Of a stretch of DNA of 64,000 nucleotides, positions 26,639 through 36,770 are shown piece by piece. The stretch spans positions 43,028,001 to 43,092,000 of the forward strand of contig CM060733.1 in the NCBI GenBank assembly GCA_030704615.1. The letters run 5' to 3'. The first letter of the stretch is position 1. The number at the start of each line of letters is the position of its first letter. Source of the stretch: Takakia lepidozioides. Its lineage: Eukaryota > Plantae > Bryophyta. The translations under genes and the position numbers were made by a program. The notes beneath the pieces were generated by a model. That model saw only the letters and a program-made list of their open reading frames with translations, was not told the DNA's origin and did not search any database.

Positions 26639-29600
26639 ATGCCAGGAATTCTAAGCAGCTACCAGATGGGTAAGCAGACCCAACGAAGTCCTCCCGAGTC
26701 CTTCAAGCCGCATAGCAGTGATGGATCAAAGGACACCCAAGCAGAATCAAAGGGGGGGCTTACCGTCGATAAAGTGGAGATCATCTCACACGGGTCGTTG
26801 ACAAAATCATCTGGAAGCCCAGAGCTGTCCAATATCAGTCCGAAAAGTTCCAACTACGTTAGCTCCGGACTTTCAACGAAGTTCAATGTGAGCTCCCCAC
26901 GCAGTGTTTCTTGTATAGTAGCGACTCAGATGAGTCCCAAGTTGGCTCGAAGGCGACATGACAGCGTTGGACCAAGGGTCAGCAACGGTGAGAGGCTTTC
27001 AGACAACAATAACTCTGATGATGCAGAGTACAAGAATGGTCCTATCACCAGCGACGAGCTGCGACAAATTGAACAAGTTCTCCAGTCCTCTGGGTCCCGC
27101 CTGGAGGAGCTCTACAAGAAGGTATGTGCGAGTCTGTGGCAAGTCTCTAATAGTTGATTGGCCTCTGTTGACCCACTGGTAGTGCTTGGTGCTGCCTTAC
27201 AATTTGGTTACTTGGATTGAATTCCGAGGATAGCCATTACTGTATATATGCAATAATTGTTTCTCTCCTTTAATACTTCTCTCCACAATACTTCCTGAAC
27301 TGTCATTAGCCCACAGCTATCCTTATCTGTTCCCCCCTTCTTTCACCCACTTGTTCCATTCATACCGAGTAGAATGTTTACTACACTACTCAACTCCGTA
27401 CCCTAAAACCTAATTCTAATGTCTGATGTCTATTTAATTACTCATGAGCATTGTGGTGGTGAAATATATGGTAGTAGATGTTATTATGTCATTGGCCCCC
27501 CGAAATGTCAGTCCAGTGCCAGCCATCATGACATTAAATGCCCCATCCCCTTGAGGCACGCCTCTCTGTTGTTTAATGAGAAATTGTAAGTGAAAGAAGT
27601 CTGTAATGATAATATCTCTAGGTAGTAATCTAGCACTTTCATATGAAAAAACCAGCCTCACCTGATGCAATACTAAACACATGCCTTGCCCAATCAAGCT
27701 TTAATACATGAATGCTGTCCTGATGCTAAGAACTCCTTCATATTCTATGTACAAAATAAAATGTTATTCAAAATCTGGGGACCTGCCAAGGCATCCTCTC
27801 TGCCCCTATCTCCCTCCCTCCCGTCAGCATGCAGGACTTATAATGAAAGTGAACTGGGTCTTTTTGCCGTCAGTTCTGTATTCAGCCTTAGTTAGATCAT
27901 ATATCATGAGCAATGGGGGACTGTCATGTCCATTTTGAAATCTTGCTGGTGCTTATGGACCTTCCATCCTTCACATGGTACATACTATGCAGAATTTTTT
28001 TCAATTGGTGTCGAAGCTTGGATGTGGCTTTAATGATGAGCCTTGTTGGTGCTACTGACCCTTCAGGTGTCACAATCTGCCTTTAAGGACCATGGCTCAA
28101 TATTCGAGATTTTGGAATGGGACATATTGAAAGAGACAGGTTACATGAGCTGGCTTGGTTTGGCTTTCACATTAGCAGGCTACCTCAGCTCCCACAGCCA
28201 TGAGGAGGTGAATACTCTTACAGGAGATAAATGGGCCACTTTAAGCGGTCAGACAGATCGTATCATCGACCAACTTGATGAACTGAAGCTGTGTCTTGAG
28301 GCTGACAATGACATCTACAAGCTGGCAGCTGGTACTCTTCTATATTGCTGCTCAGTGGTTCGACATTTGGAGCAAAAATCTCATAAGTGAGTGCATCAAT
28401 TGCTTCTTGAAACAACTTTCAATATCACTGTATGCTCTAGACAGTAGGATTCATGTCCTGCCGTATGTTTTGATTCCCGCGGTAGCAGACAGCTCTAAAC
28501 CCAACCATGAATTGCAGTAAAGTCGGCACATGAGTTCAAGTGTGGACAGTGTCATTCCTGAGATCTAATAGAACGAAGCAGACCTTGGTAAACGTTTATT
28601 TTTATGTCTTCCCACTATTTAGTTGTTGGTGTATGGTAACGGGAGTAAATTCCTAAGCAAATATTTGAACAAGCCGTGGCAGCATCTACAACCTAGAAAG
28701 CATGTCTCAGCTTTGGACTGAATCTATTCAATACTTGTCAAAAATTGTCAAATACGCAAAATTTGCTTGTGCTATAAGAGTGTCATTTCTTTTCCCAGTA
28801 TTCGTCTTACTGTATTTTGGCACAGCTTTGTCTGGAACCTCATTGGAAAATTGATGAAAGGGGGCTGAACTTGGCAGGTGCTCATGCTTTAACTCATGGT
28901 CATCACAGGGTCCTTTAAAGCAGCAGATTGACAATTCCATTGCTGAGCTCAAGATTTTACAGGATAATCTCACATTTGCAACACTGGCTGCTGTCGGGAA
29001 CCGTGTTTCTCAACCAGTCACTTCTCTAGGAGCAGCTAGCAAAAGGTCTGGACAGGAGCTATGGTCTGGGAGCGTGGGACTGGACCAGCACATTACTCAG
29101 ATTATGGACTTCATCAAGAAGAACGGTGTGTGTCTTGTTGGCATCCATGGGCAAGCCGGTTTAGGGAAAACAACACTTATCAATGAAGTTGTTGCAAAGG
29201 TTGAGAACATTGAGAAGCGTCTTTTTGCATACATCGAGGTGAGTGAAGATGTTCGGAGGCTTCAGTCATCTCTGCTAGAACAACTTGGGGGTGGCAAGAT
29301 GGAGTTCACCAGTACTGCTCAGGGTCGGAGTGCATTGCTTTATCAGCTGCAAAAGCTGAAACAGAACAACAAGGTGGCCCAGATTGCAATCAGCAATTTG
29401 TTTGATGTCCGCTTAGTTGGAGAGCTCTTCCCCCACAGCCTGGGCAAAGTCCTCCCAGCAAATAGTTGTGTCATTATTACATGTCCTTCTGTAGCGATTC
29501 TCAGCAAAGTTGACCAGCTTTGTCGCTCTGCCATGCCTGGGTACCACTATTTGCCATACAAACTGCCTTGCCTGGCTCCACAACAAGCTAAAGCTCTCTT

Positions 29601-32600
29601 CATTGCTCATGCTGCCTCAGAGCCTGTGAACACCGTAGTGTCTATCAAGGGCATATTCTCCAAGTATGGGGACTTGGCTGATTACTTTCTGCCACTTTGT
29701 GAAGGTCTGCCTGTGGCCTTGAAGGTTGTGGGTTCTTACTTTTCCAATCCTGCCAACCGCAATGAGGAGAATTGGCTGGCTATAGGCAAGCGAATGAAGC
29801 AGGTTTCTGACGAGATGGATTCCTCTGAAGATCAGATGTTTGCCAAGCTGCTGGTACGTTTTGAGAGCAAATTCTACTTCAAAGTTCAAAATACCAGTGA
29901 CTGGATGGCTAATGAACTGACTGGGAAATCTTATTAGCGAAGAAATCTCTCAGGAGTCCACACATCTGGTTTCAATTCTTCAAGCGATCGTGTAATGGAA
30001 CTTCTTTTTAATGCAAACTAACTGGACTCTCACATTGCAAGTCTACAGAAGGCATGACGTATGAGCAGTTTCCAGTTGGAAGGCATTTCAGGAAACACTT
30101 GTCTTCAAGCCTGTGTCTTGGAGGCCCACAGGAAGCTTGATCTTTCTTAACAAGGGGATTAGACCATTACCGATACATGATGCCTACTGGGTATCTCAGT
30201 TCTCAATACATGTACGATAGCACATGAATTGACAGTCTTCGTTTGAGAGTTATATGAGGTTAGCGAGTTACATGATGGTAGCAGGACCAGGATGAACTGG
30301 TGGGTTGGACCTAGTTACATGTTATGCACCTGACGTCAAGCCTTGATCTGATGAATCAACAGCCCGCTTCAGAAGCATGTAACTTGTTTAGATCTCTACA
30401 GAGCAGGAGAAAAATCAGTATTTCCAGTAACTTCTCTTTTTACATGGATGCAGGTCATTTATGAGAAGCTAGGCCCAGCTCAAAAGGAGGCCTTTTTAGA
30501 TATAGCCGCATTTTTTCGGGGCTGGGACTGGAGAATAGTGGAGCGCATTGTCAGGAAGCCTCAGTTGGACACTTTGGTTGACCAGGCTCTTGTCAATGCC
30601 AAGCTGAAAGATGCAGAGAGCATCTCTGGCATTGCTCGGTACACACGATACTCTGAGCAGCCTTGGAAGACAGAGATGGTCATCATGCATGAATTGCTGT
30701 ATGCCATCGCCTGCAGGCGTGCCCAAGGAAACCGCGTGCAGTCTGAGGATCAGACCCACTTGCCAGATCGACTCTTGATGGATGGCCCTGGCATGGTTAG
30801 TCTCGAGTATTCAATTCACACTGATAATGTCATTGTGATATACTGATAGCAGTAGTTCATTAACCAAGTTAGGAGTTAGCTTCAATGACATGAGTTTTCT
30901 CACGCGATGGAGCTCTTCTACTTCGTGTGTGACAATATTTGCAAGTTGTAGTAGCTCAGCATCTGCTTTGGCATCTGATCTACTTTCCAAGCATGCTTGC
31001 AGTGCTCCGTTCTGTGTACTGCCTCTTGCTCAGTGTATTGGTGGCCTTTTCTTATCTTCCATCTTCTCTCGTTTCCTATGTGGAGTTTCGAGTGACAAGG
31101 AGAGTGTGTGAGACAGGAGGTTACCAGGATCAGCGTAGATGATTTGAATTTTGGGGCTGTGCGCAGGAACTAAGTAACATCCAGGGGCTGTCCATCATAA
31201 GCTGCAAAGAACCGTTGCAAGGCACAATGCTCGAAAAGATGCAGGGTCTGCGAGTGCTGATCCTCCATGACACAGGCGTGCGTGGCTACTGCACAAAGCC
31301 GTTGAGCCAGCTCCAGTTCCTTTACTGGGGCCGAAGCCAGGTTTCCCAGGAGGTGCGAATCCCATTTCAGATGGGAAGACTGCGGAAGCTCGAAATGCTA
31401 ATCCTGCGTGCCAATGAGATTGACCTCACTATCAAGGTATGCCCATGTTATCAACATGGTCACTAAAAATTCTGTAACGTCTATCTCAATATCTGTTTTT
31501 CTGGGGGTATGATGTGGTTACACCTGTGTGTGTCAAGGACCATGTCGGTTTTGAGTTAGTTTATGAGTGCATGGTCAAGACCCGAATGCTATTCCAAACA
31601 CTTCCAGAGAAACAGATATGTCAAGTTAGGTCATTTGATTCATGTCAGCACTGAGATTCTGATTTTAGTTATTCTGAAATTCAAATATTTGGCTGGATGC
31701 AGTTTCCTCAACAGCTCAAAGACCTAACCATGATAGGTTGCAACAACCTGGACGAGCTGCAAGATTCTGTACTGCAGCTGACAGGCTTGCTGGAGCTCCA
31801 TCTCATTGGTTGGAACAGGTTGCAAGATCTGACGCAATCTTTCGCCAACTTGAAGATGCTGCGCCGCTTTCGATTGGAGAACTGCCTTAGTATCCGACAG
31901 GTTCCAGAATCAATCGGACAGCTTGCAAGCCTCCGTGAATTGGACTTCTCAGGTTGCACGAACATCACCACCCTTCCCTCAGAGGTTGGCAGCCTTCAAG
32001 CAATGCACAAGCTCAACCTCACAGGATGCAAATGCCTGGTGCAGATACCCAGAGAAATTGGAACCCTGAGAAGCATGACACACCTCTACCTGGGGCAGAC
32101 AGGAGTCACCACCCTTCCGGCAGAGATTGGACAGCTCCGTGCGCTGGAGGAGCTATCAGTGGCAGGCTGTGTCCGGCTAGAGAAATTGCCCAAAGAAATC
32201 GGGCTCCTTGCTTCTCTATTGAGGCTCAATCTGAGCTCATGCACAGGCCTCAAAGAGCTGCCCCGTGAAATTGGCAAGCTGGGCTCATTGCAAAAGCTTT
32301 CTCTGAACTCGTGCTCTTCCTTGTCCCGGCTGCCAGATGAAATTTTTGAGCTGGTGACTCTTCAGGCCTTGGATCTTGACTACCTCAAATTGTTGGCGCA
32401 CCTGCCTGCAGAGATTGGACATCTGCGCTCACTGCAGCGGCTCTCCCTCAATTGCTGCACCAGGTTGAACCGGCTGCCACCTGAAATTGGAAGCCTGCCA
32501 TGTTTGCAGGTGCTCAACCTTGTTGGTTGCACAGGCCTCAAGCCTGAATTGCCACTGGAGATCGAAAAGCTGAGCAAGGAGCACTACGTGTACGTACACA

Positions 32601-32671
32601 GGGAGGATGATGCTGTCATTCTGGAGGGTCCCAAGAACCCAAGCTTCAAGCTCTACAGCATGACCTACTGA
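26639..32671 (+). CDS. Atypical NLR: disordered leader + helical (MLKL/Cbl-N-like) domain - NB-ARC - LRR
   Basis: Exons 26639(or 26666)-27121, 28067-28386, 28878-29853, 30454-30795, 31167-31436 and 31703-32671 join in frame with GT-AG sites. Motifs: P-loop GQAGLGKTT, GLPL-like CEGLPVAL, RNBS-D FLDIAAFF, MHE, and many 24-aa LxxLxLxxCxxLxxLPxEIG repeats. Confidence 0.93.
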
Positions 32672-33591
32672 GTCGATGACCAACATGTCATGTTCCGTTT
32701 GGTGTCTTCAAGCATCCAGACAGCCCACCTCCAGCTAGGAACCCCTTAAGATTGTCAGCCATTCGAAGGTTTCAGTACCTCACAGACGTAGCATGTAGAT
32801 AGTAACAGAGGAGAGTCTTTCCTAAGGCTGTTTTCTCTCGAATGTAATCAGGATTTCAAGTGCTGGCCTGCTCTGATCAGGAGGGAAAACATTTTGAATT
32901 TGAAGGACGATGATGCTGATCAGAGGGAGAGCCTGGGGGAAGGTGCAAGATTGAGGCTGCAGGGTACTGATTCTTACAACCATGTCTTGACTTGTGGTTG
33001 TGTGACCCTGGCAATCTAGCAATATCTTGAGTTGTAAAGCACTAGTTACATTGTGGAATGAAACAAGAAGATGGAGAAGCAACTTCTCATCTTTTGTATG
33101 GAGAATATTCACTTCAATCCATGCTATGTTGAATTGCTTGAGGCCCAGTCAGCAAGCAGACATCTGCTTCAATTGCTCCTTCAATTGTGAAGATTCATCT
33201 GGACAGCCGGAGATCTGAAAAAGGTGGCCTTATGCAAGCTGGAATGTACTCGTGTCCCTGGTATTCATGATTTTACTGCCTTCATTTTCTCCGAAGTCCT
33301 GTTAGGTGTACAAATTATACACCGAAAGGCTTGAGTTTCTATTCTGTAACTGGGGAGCCTCACAAGAACAGAGATATACCTGCAGTGTTTTGCCAAAGAG
33401 AGTAGATTATCTGCACATAGAGTCTACAGAGAATGAGTGAGATTGGACATCGGACCCACAGAGCAGGCCTATAAGACGCTGAGAGATCCAACAACTACGG
33501 CAATTGCTGATAAATACTTATCTGTACCTCCAAAAGACCTCATGATCTAGGTAATAACTGCAATTTCAGTTCAGAAGGGCCATACTGGCGG

Positions 33592-36426
33592 CTATTTTCT
33601 CTCAATAGCACATGGGGTGGGATCCTCGACGGTCTGGCCAGGGAGATGAGACCGACTTGTTGGTTCACCACTAGTTGTTTCTCCGAAGTATGCATCACAC
33701 TCATCAGGGCTGAACGTTGGGTCGTCCGAGCTAGCTTCGTACTTTTGGAGAAGAGGTCTCAGTGACTTTTCGTATTCGGAATATGACACTCTGATACTTC
33801 GGCCTCCTCCAGTCGTGCGTTCGTAGTTGCAAGTAGGTGGTTCGGTATCAGTTGGACCCATCCATGCAGTCATGCGCGCATGAGTGTCTGAGGTTGCGAC
33901 TGCGCTGATCTGGAAAAGCATATCAGGAGGCAAACTTTTTGATTTCAGGCTGCTTGCTGCCTTCTCTGCCTGCATGTCCCCCAGCAGACCAGACCACCCT
34001 GAATCTCTCCGTACTCAACTTTTAAAAATCGCAAGAGGTTCTCCGATTCCGTGCAGGTGCACATTGTAGTTGTGCATTCAAGTCAGTACAACAAATTTGT
34101 AATGTCCTTGATTGCGTCTCTACTCTCTCTTTCTGAACTGTTCTTCTACTATGGGCCCCTGGGCTTCCCGCATGCAGAATATGTTTCTCTGGGACACCTC
34201 ATATATCACTCGAAGTTGGATTGTATAAGTCTCCATATGAATTCTCCATATGCAGAATTCAGACATTTGCGAAACTTTCTACCAGTAGGCTCTGTAAATT
34301 CAGGGGACGTTAAACAAACTTTACGCTTGCGGTAGCCGGTTATCGGAGCTCCGCTTTGTCCTCTTGTTTCCTCTCCATAAGATCTTTGAGCTTCCCGTGG
34401 ACGTTATTTTGAGATCCATTTCTTTATTTCTTTCTGCAACTTGTAAATAGACACATCTTTTGCTCCGCCTAATCTAGCAGCGAAGAAAGTGCATCCTAAC
34501 ATGCGAGATTACAAAGACTACGAACAAACTCAATGGTTGCTGACGATTATACTGAACAATGCTTTACTAATCGATAGTTGAAATCAATCGATCTACAATC
34601 AGAGACGTACTTTGAAGGACTTCACACGCGCTCGTCTTTGAGCAATGCTTTGTTTTCTTAGTTTCTTCTGCACACATAATCCAAATAACTGTCAAGGGAT
34701 ATAATTTGCACATGGAAGAGCGTGAGAATGTTTCCTTAAGATCTTCAATGCCTTGGATGAGTGATAATAATGTTGCTTGAAAATTTGAGATAGTACCTGG
34801 ATGGCTGACTCCTCCTTGACACGTTTATGAAGCTCGGGATACTGGTAGTCGATTGTTTCCAGCAGCCATTGCAGACCGTTATGCAGCTCTTCATCAATTG
34901 TGTCATCACCCTAGACAAATCAAATACCAAATCAAATACCTCCACTAATATGTTTTATTCTCAATTGTACAGTGGCAGAGTTAGACGCAACAATTCTTTG
35001 TCAGGCCACACTAAAGCCTAGTAAGTTTCACCTTGCGAATGTTGTGCTGCAACAAATGGATGATTATTATGAGTGCTGAACAAATATAAGCTACTGTACT
35101 CCTCAGCTCTCTAAAACACACCATCATTCTCTCTGTCATTGTTTGTCTTAATGCAGATTGAGGGATGGATAAATCTCATAAACTGAAATCACTTCTGCGA
35201 TTCTTAACTGGTCGTCAAATGACGATCATGCAAACATTGTTGGCATTTGAGTTAAAAAACCAAATCTCAATGCATATTAGTAACTCGGATAAGTCCAGAA
35301 AGCACAAATCCTAACCATCATAAGCCTCGAACAGCATTTGATGGTCAATCGCATCGTTTGTTAGGTTTAGCATTTAAAAAGATAATGTTGGAGACAAAAC
35401 CTTGAGGAGACAATTACATGCGATGAATGCTTGTACAGAAGTGTTGAGGGGACCACAAGCTGTCAGCAGGGCCCCAAACGGCAAAGCTGATGGAAGATCC
35501 TGCTTCGAAGCAATTATGAGCATAGGCTTCCCAGAGAGATTTGGATCTTTAAAGGCCGTCTCTAGCTCACTTACTGCCTCCGCAACTCTATACTCGTTGG
35601 ATGAGTCAATCACAAATATTGAACCGTAAGCCTGCCCAAGTCACCGAAATGCAACTGATCTATCATCAAATTTAGTAGATTACACACCCACAACTCAGTC
35701 CATGACGATCAAATTGAGCTTTCTCTGGCTCACAGACTTATCAAGATATTTAAGTGCTTCACAACACACGAAGATATAAGAGCGTGACGGCATATTGTTA
35801 CCTCTGCAAAATAATGAGGCCAAATGCCACGGATACTTCTCCCTCCTCCCAAATCATATATATCTGCGTGGAAATCTCTCGACTTCCAAGACTTTTTCGT
35901 GAAACCCCATGTAGGCAAAACGCTGGCTGTCCTCTCTCCTCTGTTGAATTCATCCACCATGATACACACTTAGGAGCAAGTCCAAGCAACTGGAAACGTC
36001 GATCCACTCTCAATTTATGATTGCTATCTCGTTCGTCAACGCACATGCCATTAGCCTGCGCATGGCTGCTTGAACTCAATAACTCCATTACACGGATTAA
36101 ATGCATTTGTCCCTTGTGGCCCGTTTGCTTCTAAAGCGAAGATGGAATGGAAGGCTGATAAAACTGAATAGATAGTTAGTGTTTTGTTGAATTATAAGTC
36201 TAGGTCAAGATTTAATTCTTCAGAATGTTTTGATGTGTTGCTGTCGTGAAGGAGGAAACTACCGTATTGTGGCAAGAAGAGTTGATTTGCCAGCATTGTC
36301 CAACCCCAGCAACACAATCACTATCCTTTTTCGAAAGCAGGGTGCACATACACAAACACAACAATCGCTGCAGCAAGAGCAACCTGCAGTCTGATCCTTG
36401 TTGTGGCCATCGCTTTGCTCTTGCAT
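33592..36426 (-). CDS. ARL13B: ARL13B-like ciliary ARF-like GTPase
   Basis: Exons 36426-36263, 35940-35802, 35631-35401, 34910-34797, 34667-34611 and 33969-33592 join in frame. GLDNAGKST; DLGGGRSIRGIW (Gly replaces the catalytic Gln, an ARL13 hallmark); GLQWLL followed by a basic coiled coil; N-terminal Cys cluster. Start codon uncertain. Confidence 0.88.
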
Positions 36427-36770
36427 GAATGTAGATCTCACAGACACTCATGGCCGAGGCAGGATGGAGAACCTCCACCTTGTTGCAACTCTGTGTGACA
36501 AAGTAACCGCCTTCTACTTAATTGTATTAATCCTTCAAGAGGGATGGACCCTGAAAAGGACAGGTATTTGTATGCCCTTTCAAGGCGGCAATAGCCAGTA
36601 GAAGTAAAACAGTTTTTCAAAGTATGTACGCATACTATGTGCGCATGAAGGAGTAGGATGCCTGAGTTGATGGCTATATCCTAACAGCCATGTCTTTGAT
36701 ATAATGTAACGCTAATGGAGCAGGCTCTAAAGTAAGCAGGAAATAGTAGCAAATGAATGAATGTTGATTC

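Noticed and set aside
28623-28877. Extra NLR exon in this interval
   Set aside because: It contains in-frame stops. The acceptor at 28877 with branch-like GCTGAAC gives the correct phase.
34000-34480. Additional ARL13 exon
   Set aside because: Candidate acceptors lead to early stops, whereas 34611 joins 33969 in frame.
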